Positions 10,486 through 23,500 of a stretch of 64,000 nt of DNA are shown here, piece after piece (the first letter of the stretch is position 1; each line of letters starts with the position of its first letter). Both the position numbers and the translations under genes were made by a program. The DNA lies in assembly GCA_977018835.1 (NCBI GenBank), contig OZ361261.1, positions 1,488,001-1,552,000 on the forward strand. Reading direction: 5' to 3'. The DNA comes from Minutocellus sp. GHC0000111. Its lineage: Eukaryota. The notes under the pieces are model-generated. The model worked only from the letters and a program-made list of their open reading frames with translations. It made no database searches and was not told the origin of the DNA.

Positions 10486-11721
10486 ATGGCCATGGCATCA
10501 AGATCGGCATCGGCACAGATGATGTGGTCGGTCATGGTGCGATTCTTGCTACAATTTGCTTTCATCCGCCTCCTTGTGCCCTCTCATCGAACTACCATTG
10601 GCATCGTTGACGCATTCTCATCCCAGAACAATGGCGGCAAAGCATCAAAAACTCGACTGTTTGCGCAGCAGAATAATCATGATCGACCGGTGATTGTAGC
10701 CGGCAGTGCTGGCAGTAGCGCTGCCCAAGCAGCCCTCGGTGCCACCCTGGCATTGAGCGCACGGGATCTCCTGCGTGGTAGCAGCCAAATTGAAACATCG
10801 TCGCAGCCCCTACTTCCGTGCCAACCTGTGATCGCATTGCTGGCTACGACGAATGAGAATAAAGACTATGCTTCACACGCCGGGGCAGAGTTGGAGGCAA
10901 CTCTCAGGGATAGCTGTGCTGTGACTTCGGCAATGTTCGATCAAAACGCCGAAGGTAGATACCCATCCATCGAACAGTATGGTGATGTTATCAGCCAATG
11001 TGCCGCCGATCCCGTCTTGCACGTGATAATAGAAGGTGCTGGGGCTGCTCGGCCGCTGCTATCTCCCAGCATTGCGCGCCAAGTTTCGTTCCTCGGTATC
11101 GAGCCAATTGTGCCGCAACAAGCTCGACAAATGGAAATGGTACTGCCGGAAGTGGCGCAGAGATGCGGTTCGATGCTTCAAGAGATTGCGGATGCCTTTG
11201 GCAGTCATGAATGCCAACCCTCGATGGCAACGACGCTTGATCTTCCTCTCCACCTATCCATGCTACAGGCAAATAGCTTGCCCAAGTCGAGGACTGCTCA
11301 CAAAGATTCGTTCTTGTGTCGAGATACCAAGAATACCGGAGACTTCATCCTTGTTGACTATCAATACGATTACGATAATCCATTTGGTGGCACAGATCCA
11401 CTCAGTTGTCCCTCTAGAGAAATTACCATTTCGCCTGCAGGAGATGTATCTGCAGGGGGTAGTGCTGGTGCTGATTATGGATCTACCGGTAATGGCTTTG
11501 CCTCCGCGGCAGCGTACACGGCTCTAAGAGGAAATGGAGTGCCTGCCCTCGCTGCAGCATGCATAGCGAGCGGTGTTGGGGTAGTAGTTGATGAAGGATA
11601 TCCCCTCCGCCACGACATATCTACAGTTGAGAGGATAGCAACACTTGCTGAGAAGGCCAAAAGGGCAGCAATAGAGCAGCCGACACTCCGGAAGAAATAC
11701 ATCGATTTTGGCTACAAGTAA
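10486..11721 (+). CDS. Hypothetical protein, probably plastid-targeted
   Basis: 411-aa ORF with a hydrophobic signal-like N-terminus ending in VDA-F, followed by a Ser/Lys/Arg-rich transit-like segment. Confidence 0.65.
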   Translation: MAMASRSASAQMMWSVMVRFLLQFAFIRLLVPSHRTTIGIVDAFSSQNNGGKASKTRLFAQQNNHDRPVIVAGSAGSSAAQAALGATLALSARDLLRGSSQIETSSQPLLPCQPVIALLATTNENKDYASHAGAELEATLRDSCAVTSAMFDQNAEGRYPSIEQYGDVISQCAADPVLHVIIEGAGAARPLLSPSIARQVSFLGIEPIVPQQARQMEMVLPEVAQRCGSMLQEIADAFGSHECQPSMATTLDLPLHLSMLQANSLPKSRTAHKDSFLCRDTKNTGDFILVDYQYDYDNPFGGTDPLSCPSREITISPAGDVSAGGSAGADYGSTGNGFASAAAYTALRGNGVPALAAACIASGVGVVVDEGYPLRHDISTVERIATLAEKAKRAAIEQPTLRKKYIDFGYK

Positions 11722-11871
11722 ATAATAGTAAATTTTGACGTGTGCTCTTATCCTTGCGCTCTAACTAAAGCTTAATATTCTGCAGAATATGTTGAGCTAG
11801 GACTTGCACCATGCTAGAAATTCCAACATGCTATTTTCTGCCTGAAGGGAGGCCTGCTACGTTTACAGTAG

Positions 11872-13412
11872 CTAGCTGGTAGAAGTGATAAACACTCTGA
11901 GCGGATTTCCGATGGTGCCATCACCAAGGCGTCGGTCAGTGGTTGTACTCTGCAGAAATTTCAGCACAGGGCCGCGGCTATCCTCCTGTTTGGCGCTCAC
12001 TGGACCGAGCTTGGGGACGTAGAACTGCCACTGCGATGGCAACGTCGAGGCATCGAGCTCGCTTTCCATCGTCTTTCGAATGTCGGCAAAGGTTGCCGAT
12101 CCTCGGGACGAAGACGGGAGCGATACAAACCCTATGCTCATTACTAGGTGCGATGGTGTGATCATGGTGTTCTCTGATTCGGCATCAGCGGTGATATGAC
12201 CCTTCTTCTTTTCACCACCGCACCATTTCATAACCTTACAGTAGAGCTCTGTACTCTCGGGTGTTTGCGGCGGTAGCTTTGAGCACGAGGTGAGAAATTT
12301 CTCGGATTCTTTCGATTTGGGGACTTCCCACGCCCCTGCTGAGGAGATGCCGCTTTGCTGCTGCTGCCCCGTGCCTTCTTCGGGTTGAATCCACCAACTG
12401 GAGCAGCACCGGTATCAGATCCAGAGGCCGACGATGCTCGCTTCCTCCCAGCCATAACCGCCGCCGTTGGCCGAGGAGGAGAAAGTACCAGCGGAGGATT
12501 TTGATGGTTCCATTCCATCCTCTGATCCGTTGGCTTGCTCGCCTCAATCAGAACCGCCTGGAGGGCTCTGTCGAAGATGGTGCCGCGATTCTTCCCCGTT
12601 GAGCGTGCGGTCTTGCCGAGGTTGTATTCCTCCATCAATCCCTCTTCCCACTGGCAAAGCTTGGAGTCTCCCATGACAGCAAACGGCGCGTCGTGGCATT
12701 CGAAAAAGTACACCAAATGCTTCTTGCCGACATTCTTCTTGGCCAGCTGCCGGGCACCGCCCTGGGTAAGTCGAGGGTCGTAGATGCAGGCAGGCCACCA
12801 GCCAAATCCGACACCACCTTGGGCCCAAACAATCTCGCCAAAGCGTGAGGTGAACGTCGGGGAAGGGCCGTGACCATCTCATTGAGGCCGTCGTCGATAT
12901 CGTTCAGATGGAATGGCTTGCATAGGTCTGTAGGTTTGTGGCGCGTGAGTGAGAAAGGTTGAGGAGTGAGTCACGGGCAGTATATGTGTAAGGTATTGAG
13001 CTCACAAAAACGTGATTGCTGGTAACACTTGGTCACACTCACCGCAGAACCAATCTCCGTCGGGTACGCTGTTCAGGGCCGGACGGAGACAGTACGTGTG
13101 ATATTCATCATTACACCGTTCACACAATAATATATTGGCGTGGTCGTTGTCCAGTCCACACACCAGACAGCCAGTGCCGTGGGCCGCGTCCAGGTAATCA
13201 ATGCCGGTGCCGGTGGTGGACGCCGCCGCCGAGGAGGCCGTGCCGCTCCTGCTAGCTCCCGCTGCTCCCGCTGCTGCGGAGGTTGATGCCAGCGCTCGGG
13301 CGTGAGAGGTGGTGCCAGTGAGGCGGGAGGCCGTCGACCCACGCGTCGGGGAGAGACGAGCGGGGGCGTCACTGGGCAGGAGGGATCCAGATCGACCAGT
13401 TACGCCTGCCAT
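11872..13412 (-). CDS. PHD finger + PWWP domain chromatin reader; intron 12928-13042; two apparent 1-nt frameshifts
   Basis: PHD: CLVCG...LLCERCNDEYHTYCLRP...WFC|DLC. PWWP: FGEIVWAQGGVGFGWWPACIYDP. Adding one base in each G4 run (12859-12862 and 12319-12322) restores the frame. Confidence 0.8.
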
Positions 13413-13655
13413 TTTATTTATTGCGAAATGACAGTGGAAATGAGGCCATTTGCAGGTCTGCCGTTCCATCCAGTCAGTTCTCGGGCGGATGGTGGTTATT
13501 TCTGAATGAGGTGGCACTACCATAACATGCGGTGGTTATGGTTTTTATTCATCCATGCATCCAGCTTTCGACTACATGTACTCGTCCAGGGTTAGCGGCG
13601 GTCCAAACCATCCCGCCTCCAAAGCTGGCACTTCACCTCGTAATAGAGAGGAGGC

Positions 13656-16600
13656 ATGAGTCGATGGGATGGCCTCAAGAGCGATAGCGACCGATCGCGT
13701 ACACAGGAGGGCGAGGCAAACCAGCAGCAGCGTCGGTATCGGCCGCGACCTGGCTCTGCATCGGACGGCTGGGGCAGTAGCAGCCGTATTGGTAATCGTG
13801 GTCGTGGCGGTGATTCCAGAAATAACACCAGTGGCAGAAATCGATCGATGGATGGCACAGCTGGTGGTAGTTATGATCACCGAAAGACTACATGTAATCA
13901 GCGATGGCAGCCGCGGCATCAGCAGCAGCGGCCTTCTGATGCATCGTCTTTGAGAAGGGGCGGTGGAATCGATGACGGAGCCCATCATCAGGCCTTTGAT
14001 CATAACCTCCGTCTGCTGGAACAGAAGCTGTCTGCATTTCAAGACCAAGAGGTGAAAGATACTGCCCCCATCAAGAAACTCCTCGTCACACTGCAAACGC
14101 AACAAGGGCAGGGTTGGTTGCGATACGATGTCAAGCGTATGGGATGGACCCTCGAATCTCTATTCCGTTCTATTCAGTGCATTGCGACACACATGAATAA
14201 CACATCGGCATTTAGTTGTACAACCTTGGGTGCAAGTGGCGCTGATGGTCATGACAATGGTGTGGAACCATTGGTCTACGACATGACGGCAGAGACCCTT
14301 CAAATCATGGCGCATGGGTCCAACGTAGTCCCCTACTCCAGCTTTCATGTGACGGCCACAAACAAGTGCGTTGAGGCTCTGGTTTTGAGACTTAGCTCTA
14401 TCACTTTGGTCGATGATACCCCTGCCACTGCAGTTCCAATCGCTACCTCAATGCTGCAATGTCTGGGCGCTATCTTTCTCAAGTTCGGCTCAGCCCTCCC
14501 GGCCGAAGAGACGGCGGAACGAGCCGTTCGACATCTACTGGTGCCCATTGTGGAGTCGGCCAGCTCGTCAGATACGAGTATTAGTGGCAATGATGAGCAG
14601 TCGCGCCGAAAGATGATGTGCCGTTCGATCTTCCCTGCGACGTTGAGTTGCATATCGAATCTCGTTTCGCACAAGCAGCAGGCATCGGCCATCCTGGCGC
14701 CCCTTGTGTTGGACATCACCAACGATGGTGATGAGCAACAGGTGACAAATCCCCTCCGTCTCCGGCTGTTGTCCTTATTGCAGGGATTGCTACTGAGAGA
14801 AAACGATGATTCGATCGTAGCAACTATTTGCCGTTGCTTCTCCGATGTTCTTGGCGCTGTCTGCCTGATCGATCGAGAGAGATGGGCAAGAGGGAAAGGT
14901 TCTGTGAAGGAGGGGACTGATGTACAAAAAAAGGCTAGTACCGCACGTCGGATACGGACTTTGCTCGAACGGAGTGGGAACGGAATCAACGGCACCTGTG
15001 ATGAACAAGGAAAAGAATCCGATGGATTGAAACTTCGAATTGATGTCTTACAGCTCTTATCATCCTTGGCGCAAGCATTTCCCAAAAAAAAATGGCCGGG
15101 CAATGGGCATTCTTCTTGGAGGAAACGATGGTGGCGTATGACCCTCTATCGTCGCCACTCAAGTCAAGGAGTAGTGTGTCTACCGCCTCCTCATCCTCCT
15201 CTTTGCTCGTGACATTCATCGAAAATGGAAGTGTGGAGGAAAAGAAAGCTGCAATAGAGGCCAGCAAGGCCTTAATATCTACTATGCCTCTCAAACTTTG
15301 GTTTGGTTTGAGTACTCAAAGAGAAGGTCGTCGCACATTCACCGGCACTACCAGCCTCCCAAATCGAGTAGCCAAGGCCATTAGACAACTTTTGATTGCA
15401 CTGAAGACCACTATAAATACAGAGCAATTTGAGCCAGAATCAGGCAGCATTGTCATTGGGCTCTGTAGTATCGTCGAAGTAATGATTCAGACTGACCCAT
15501 TCTTTTGTGATAAATCACTCGCGTTGGTCCTCACAGATCTTCTAAATGCAATGAGGATGGTTTTGGTCAAAAGATTGAGCAAAAGTGCATCTGAAATTAC
15601 TGTCGATGTTGCCATCATGCGAGTCTTCGTCAAGGGCTCTGGCGGGACAATTAATTCGATGGGAGATCTCATACCGCTATCGAGACCGATGGAGAAATGA
15701 CTGGACAACGTCGACAATCAAAAGTTTCTCCTCTGTTTGTTGTCCACGCTTGTTGCTGACGATGGAACCAGCTGTGATGATATTTTCATTGGTACCAATG
15801 AACAAGTCCGTCAACAGGCAGGTACTCTTTTGATGCTTGTCCTTCGAATGGCACCGTCAATACTGAATAATGGAAAAGAATCAGGTTGGACTTTCCAAAA
15901 ATTTGCGTCGTCAGTGCTGAATTTGCTCGGTGATGTCAACCCAAATAAACGACAGATTGGACTGCAATTCGTCCAGCATTACATCGAGGGTAGAAATGAT
16001 TTCTTGTTGGATGATCGATCTCCCTTCGTGTCAGAATCTTTTGGTTCAAATCTTCTTCAAGCCCTTGCTGATACCAACTCTGGTGTCCGATCATTGTCTG
16101 CGGAGACATATGGGCTCTTCATTCGTTCTGATTGGGCGACTCTCCTCAAGGAAAGTAGCGATCATTTCCACCACCTTCTGCATCGGTGCGTCAAAGAGGG
16201 GAAAGCGTAGCTGGTGTAAGGAGCAAAGCCTGTAAGGCTATCGGCAATATGTGCTCTGAATGTTGCAGCGTTTCTATTGAATCTACCTCCGATCTTAGCC
16301 ATGGAGAGACATTTGTCCAAATTGATGGATTGCGTAGCATTGTTGGCAATGTACTGGATACAATGACAATTGCTCTCAAAGATGAGAATCCTGGAGTTCG
16401 AAGCATGGCGCTCTACTGCATCGGCAACCTTTCACTATCCCTCCAGTCCTCTGCACTTGTGGAAAAGACGGGGGATGCGTCGAACTCTAGTCTGCTGACT
16501 TTGTGTGCCTTGGTCCGGGATTGTCTCGAAGATGGGAACGACAAGGTGGTTGGCAATGCAATTCGAACACAGGGACATCTTTTGAACTTGCTTCAATCTA

Positions 16601-17424
16601 TTGACGAGAGCAACCATATCATCCTAATGCCAGGTGACTTGTATTCCGATACCATCATCATTTTGACCAAAAAACTCAATCTTGCACTTGATATTGCTGA
16701 AGGAAAGGCAATCAACATGAGCTGGAAGCAGCGGTCCTTTGCGAAGAAGCACGCTTGGGGAGCATGTCATACGCTAGGAATTTTACTGCATAATGCAACA
16801 TCAGGGAATGAGTCGAATCGTAAGCTGTTCATTCTTCCCATCTCTCAGATGATTCACTGCATTCAGATCTCGGAAAGGCTGAACGAGAAAGTGACTGCGG
16901 CTGCTGCGGCTGCTTTGAAGCAGATACCAATGGATATATGGACAGAATTCTCTGGAATGACCACAATCATATCGGATGGATTGGTCGCTTGTCTTGTTGT
17001 GGTATACGAGGAAACCAAAGGAGTTCAAGATACGAAACTTTCGTCCCCTGTACGCAACGACGTTCAGGATCTGTTGGATTTTTTCCTTGCCATTTCGTCC
17101 GCCGATGATGCCATTTCTAGCTTCAGCAACGAGACGATAAGCCCTGGTATTCTTGACTTTCTATATTCCTGGATGGTCGACAAGGGCAGTAAATCGAGCT
17201 CTTTCGACTCTATTGCCACGGCTCTGACGTCCAAAGATCGGGTGGGAGAATTGGAAGTATCGATTGAACAAAGATTCTCCAGCCGAGCGAGGCATGAACG
17301 TCGAAGAGAGAAGACATCCATACTTACTGGGGTGGATTACAGAGGGGAAGAAGAATTATTCGTTTCGATCAAGTCACATAGGAGAGATGAAAACGGTGAC
17401 TCGGACGAGGAGGATGAGTTGTAG
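13656..17424 (+). CDS. HEAT-repeat protein (HEATR6-like), split by two homopolymer frameshifts and one in-frame TGA
   Basis: HEAT motifs VRSKACKAIGN, VRSMALYCIGNL, NDKVVGNAIRTQG and WGACHTLG. Breaks occur at the A-run 15084-15092, TGA 15698-15700 and G-run 16198-16201. Confidence 0.7.
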
Positions 17425-17558
17425 TGAGGCTATTATTTGTAGCGTTAAGCGTCGCTAATTTTATTTTGGGAAGAAATGTTTATGTCCAGATGAAAGTCAT
17501 AAGTAAAGTAGTAGAATACAATATATATACATTTTCTTTGAACAGCTCTGTGGAGATA

Positions 17559-20500
17559 TTACCAGAAGGCGCACCAACCAATGAAAAGTTGGCAGAGATT
17601 CTCGGAGCTTGTGGCTTCGACGATAAGCTTCTGTACTTGGTCCTGTACGTCGAGGGGATCTCCAATCTCATCGGGTCCGAAGAAGTCCGTTCCTGCCAGC
17701 TTGTTCTGAACCCTTCGAATAACTTTTAACGCCTTTTCATTCAGTGCCTCGTCATTTGCCAAGGTACCATCTTCTGCCGCTCCCTCGAGTAGACTCAAAA
17801 TCTCCCTTCGTCGGACGCTACGGTCTACTCGGGAACGTGCAAGAGATCCCTCAGTCGCCTGTGCTCTATTGGCATCCCCTCCAGTGACGCTCGCGATTCT
17901 AGCCGAGGCACTCAAAGCTGCTGCCATGCTCTGCATGTTGTTGTACATTTGGAGAGATCTGGCATGGGCTACACTCATTGCCTGTTGCTCAGGATTGCCC
18001 ATGATCGCCATGCTGTCTTGTTGAGGTTGAAAGCCCTCTCCTTCGCCCACGCGTGCTTGGGCGGTGACCGTTTCCTTTACGTCATCCGCATCTCCCTCGT
18101 TTTCTTCCTCGACACTATCCTCTTCTTCCTCCTCAATAGTACCATGCAGCACTGTACCAGGTGTTGATACAGTCGCAGCCATTGCTCTTGGCGGCGCTTG
18201 CTGCGTGGAAACATTTGCATTGCTACCTTGCTGTTGTTGCTGGTGCTGCTGTTCGTCGTCTTCTTCAACCCCCGGGGATTGGCCAAGCAATCTCCAACTA
18301 ATCAAAGGATCATATACAAAGGCTTCGAGCATTGCCACTAGAGAGTCTCTATTGTCCCGTAAAACACCCATTGTCCTTTCGCAGGTGCTACGGAAACTAC
18401 CTTCTACACCACAGACCTCCATTGCCTTGATCAACATTCTTGTTAGCCGGAATGGCACCTTTTCGGGAAATTTATCCCGATGCATCGCAACCTCAAAGCA
18501 ATCTCCAAAATCGATGTGCAGCACTCTACCACTCTTTTGGTCAAGCATTAGATTGGACGGGTGGCGGTCGCCAAGACCTAGGATGTATCCGACCATGCTC
18601 ATGACTGCCAAGCTTCGAGTAAATTTAGTCCGCCTTTCAAGCCATTCCTCACTATTGGCACTCTTTGTCCAGAGCACCTCGTACAAGTCGTTCCCTTTTC
18701 CAGTTGTTCGATCAAGACCCTCAGTAAATACCTCTACCTTTTGCATCACCGTCAAAAGATCGTAGTTCGGGGCCAATTTCATCATCTCTCGATTCTCCAT
18801 ATTAAGCGGTATCTTCTTTGCTTCGCGGTAGTCACGAATAAGGCTGTGGAGGGTATCGCAGTGAGGTACCCATCCTACAACACCAGCGTTGTGAGATAAT
18901 GGGGCGATAGCATATCGCTTGATGTTCAAATCATACTGATTCGTCCTTCGGTCTCGTGCAAGGAGAGCGTTGACGAGGCCGAAGAGCTGCATTACACGTT
19001 CGTCCTGTCGTAAGTCTTCGTGTCCCTTCAAAAGGAAAACGTAGTCTTTGCCATCGTTGCCACGTAGTGTGATCTTCCGTGGGCGCTGCTTGCTTGTAAT
19101 TACCTGAACCTTGGGAATGAATTTCTCGATGCGGACGTAGCTACCATCGACGCGGTAGGAACCAGGAACTTGTAGCGAAAGATTTCGCGCACATTGTAGC
19201 GCGGGAGAGCATTGCGAGAGTTCCAAACTTGTGAGTCCTGGCAGTTGCTTGTTGATACGACGAAAGACGGTGTAGTACAAATCCCAAGCCTGGTTCAGTG
19301 CAGCTTCTGCCTCTGCATTTCGTCGGAAAGGTAGTCCCGGTGATTGTGCTGCCTCCGATTGCTCCAGGCTCGGACTGAAGCCCCCGACAGACGGGATAGT
19401 TCCACCGTTGCTTGTTGTTAGACGAATGTATTCTTTCACAAAGGCGTGGGCTTCAGCCAAGTCCCGGCCAAAACTACGATAAAACTCATTCTCTCGGCGT
19501 GTTACCGGTCCGTGCTCCAGCTGCTCGTGCAACGGAATCAACACATCCAACATACCCTTGACATTTCCTTCGCCAAAGTAGAGCCTCGATGCATCCTCAA
19601 GACCTTCCCACCACAATTCAAGCCAAAGAATTGCCACACGGATAAGCTCGGATGAAACCATCAGCGCCTCTTCTACGAGAGCATTCGAATGTGTCTTGAG
19701 GGAGGTCATGAGACTTTCTGCGGCTACTTTCCGTTCAACCACGGGACTCTTGAGGAGGACAGATAGAGTGTACATAAGCGCCTGAGGATGCTGCGCCCCG
19801 AGCCGGATCAGGAGTGGATGAAGGACGGACCGAACAGACGGTGATTTGATGTGAATTCTGGCTAGAAGTTGCGGAAGTACACCCAGCCAAGCCTCAATGT
19901 GAACCGAGGTAATGACGGCGTTGATGGTAGCAGCCACCTCTGGGAGTTCACCAAAATTGAACAAACAGGTCAGAAAGTTAAGCATATCCTGCTGAACAGA
20001 TGCACTCCACCTCTTGGTACCAAGGCAGATGGCTGTGACGAAGCCCTTCACTGCTGCAATGACATGGTTGCGGAGACTATTAGATGTCAAGGATGATGAC
20101 CTCACGGCCGGATCTGTGCCAGTACGGTTTGCTTGGAAACGATAGCCTGGATTGTCGTGCATTTGCTGAGCTAGACGAAAATTGATGAGAGCCCATGCGT
20201 GCCATGCCTTGTATCCACAGTTGGTAGAGGCAGTAGCTCTCTTGTACGCGGTCAAAACTTCCATCTGTAACGATTCCGACATCGGTGCCGACCCAGGCTG
20301 GATAGACTCTGCGACCTTCCACTCTCCAAGCTTTAGCCAGCAAGCAACTCGGAGGCCGCGATCTTGAGGACCACGATCGCAGTGAGCTACCATATCCACA
20401 ACGTTGCACAAATTTGCAACGCGTGTGAGCGCTTCTTCGTGTTGGTCCATTGCCCAGAGATGTTTGGTGTAGGCATAATAAAGTCGGTGCTGTATGTTGA

Positions 20501-23500
20501 GCCTGTTGAGTGTACAACGTACAAATCGTTGGAGAAAAACAGAAAAAGATGCGTTAGATAAAACTCGTCTCGATGAGTGATAAGAACAAGAGATGGACGA
20601 AGATCTTCATGCAGAGAGATCTAGTCAAACAAATTTTCTCTTACCTGTCTAATCCACCGGCTTCGTCAATGAGTTTTTTCGTGTATTGCTCATGAGAAAT
20701 ATCATAACGAGAGAGGAAATCCTTGGGTCGCCCTGTGACGAGACGATCGATGGTTCCACCACCATACAAATGGCTACTCGTACTCTCTTCCATGGGAACA
20801 CATGATATTCCTAGACCAAGAGACGGCGGCAGACCAAAGCCAAAAGCTGCTCCATTCATGTCGGCGTTCAATTTTTGAAGGGGATCAAGTAACAACCTTT
20901 CTGCAATCTTGAAAGACTGAGCTTGTCTCGATAATGAACTCAGTGCCAAAGTGCTATCTACATCGTCCGTTGGCCCGAGAACGAGCGAACGTACTGCAAG
21001 GATAGATGAATGTACCTCTGCATCAACCCGACAGCCGGCGATGCGGCGCTTCCAAATGGATAACAATTCTTGTTTGGCTTCATCAGCATCAGCGCGATTG
21101 ACTGGGTGTTGGTGAGCAGAAGCAACGGCCCGATCTTCAAGTTTTCTAAATGACACAATCTCTTCCATTTCTGAAAGTGTTTGGGCGGTAACCATGCTTG
21201 GATAAGCCCTCTTGTAAGACTCGGCCATGAGAGCGGTGAAGCGACTATCCATAGCTCTTCGGGCTCCATCGATGGCACCGGCCGCTTTTGACCATTCCTT
21301 CTTGTGAATATTGAGAATTGCGCTGTAGAAACTACCGTCAAAATCAGCCCTGGGCAAAGAAGAATCCCTCAAGGAGGTACCATCGTGCACCGTCCGACGA
21401 GAAGAGGAATCATACATACCGTTAGAAAGCTGGTCCGCGTAAGTTTCGAGCTCATCCCATTGCCCCAGGCGCCACGCAGCTTCAGCACAGTATTTCGTTG
21501 CCTTCCTAAGATGTCTCTTTGATTGTGCTTCACTCTCGCAACTAAGGGCATGCCAATTCTTCCTGGCTAGGTCGATGACCTTCCTCCACTCTCCCCTCGC
21601 ATCAAGACACCTTATACAGCCCAATATGGCTCCGACATCTTCGGGATTTTCGTCGAGCTTGCCCTCGTACATGGCCAATGCCTCACTCCAGCTACCAAGC
21701 TTTGCAAGCCAGGATTCCTGCATTTGCACGCCCGCCCAGGACCCACCCCCAAGAGCAGCTATTTCGTCAGCGCTAGCCATGACACTGTAGGCCATATCCT
21801 GAGCCTGGTGGTGAAAGAGACGAGAGGGAAGGTGATGATGAACTGTCCCGCCATTGCCGTAGTGGGCATTGTTCCACAGCTGCTCTCCTTGTCGTTCCAA
21901 TTCGACCTGAGCCGCCTTTACAGCACCGAGTGCCGCCTCTGATGAGGGCCGGCCGATGTTGAGAACAAATTATGACATGAGGAGAAGGTGTTATGAGTGA
22001 AGATTACGATCGTAAAATATAATGATAACATTTGAGCCCCTGATAACAATACTAGTAATTCGATTGTAGCTTATTGTGACGGCGCTCCTGGCGAAAACAA
22101 ACTTACCGGGCAAATCCAACTTTCGGTTGATACTAATGAGATCTTCAATGCAAGCACCTCCGTCCGATCGCACGTTGAATTCCTGTTCCTTGTAATGAAG
22201 GGCCTTGGCATAATTTCTACATCGTAGGGCCAAATCGGCAAGAATGGAAATATCGATGGGAAGATCACCATCGCGACACTGTTCCATGAATTCTGCGAGA
22301 TTCAGGAGAGTTTGTAAGATTTCGGGAGATACATCGGCCACAAACGCCTCCTCTAACGAGCGAACAAGATGCCGCTGATATTGCTCATTCAAATCTGACC
22401 AACAGCAGACAAAGGCAGCTGCAAATAATTCACGTGCAAGCGGTTGGTAGGCTTGAGCAAGCCCATGAGTTGCTCGAAGAGCGGGAGATGGAGCCTCACG
22501 CAACAATTGCACAGCAAAACGCCGCATCCATTCATCCCAGTCCTCTCTCGTTGACCTCGAAGACACATCCCAGGAGCGTTGTAAGAGTGTTGGGTTTACT
22601 CGAAGCTTGTTATTCGATGGGCCTCCGGTAGAAGTGGACGGGAGAAAGGAAGGAGTGCTCGGAGGCAAATCATTATCGAGAGCATCCACTCCATCGAAGC
22701 CATCCGCCGCAAAGAAGTGCTGGCTATCATTCGCCACAAGTCGACCACCAGCACTGACCGAAATTATACTTTCATAGCCCAATAGATGTTCCATACTCAT
22801 TTCCTTTACCACCTCATCGTAAAGGACCAGTCCAACTAGCTCTTGGCGTCCACTGTCGTCTTGGGTGCCTCCATCTGTCCGGGCTTTATCATCTTCGCCA
22901 CCGGAACGATTTGGATCATCGCCAACACTTGGATGGCCAATTCCAGCACGTCCTTGCCAGCCAACAATGACATCTCTCGCGGCAAGATCAAAGAATGTCA
23001 TCCAACGATCTGTGCCGAGGCGCTTGGCACAGACACAGATGGCCTCAATGAGTGCAAGGCCAACATCTCTACCGACAATGGGCTCTCTGGATAGCATCCG
23101 CATAAGAGGCTGCGCGGCTCTTGCAGGGAGACTTGACGATGATGAGACCAAAGCAACCATTGTATTTCCTGATCTTATCCCGCCTGCTCCCGCTACTATC
23201 GTCGACGCCGGCGGTGGTAATGTATTATCCGAGGTCATCAATAGTACCGAAATAGTTTGAACTGTGGTTATGGTGAGCCTTGAGAATTCGGGATGAACAG
23301 CTGTCCCTGATGTTGTTGCGGGATCTGTCAACACATCCAACAATTTCACAAGAGCTGGGACAAGAAGATGAAGATAATCGCCAAGGGTTCCCCGAAGACC
23401 CCGAATACTTCGCAGTATGAGTTCAAGCCGATCGAACTGAGCCGAGGTGTTAGCGTACTGGCGATTACCAGATCTCCACTCAGATATTTGGTTCTGACTT

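Noticed and set aside
20503..22106. Apparent fragmentation of TOR into three ORFs as pseudogenisation
   Set aside because: Two canonical GT-AG introns join the pieces in frame.
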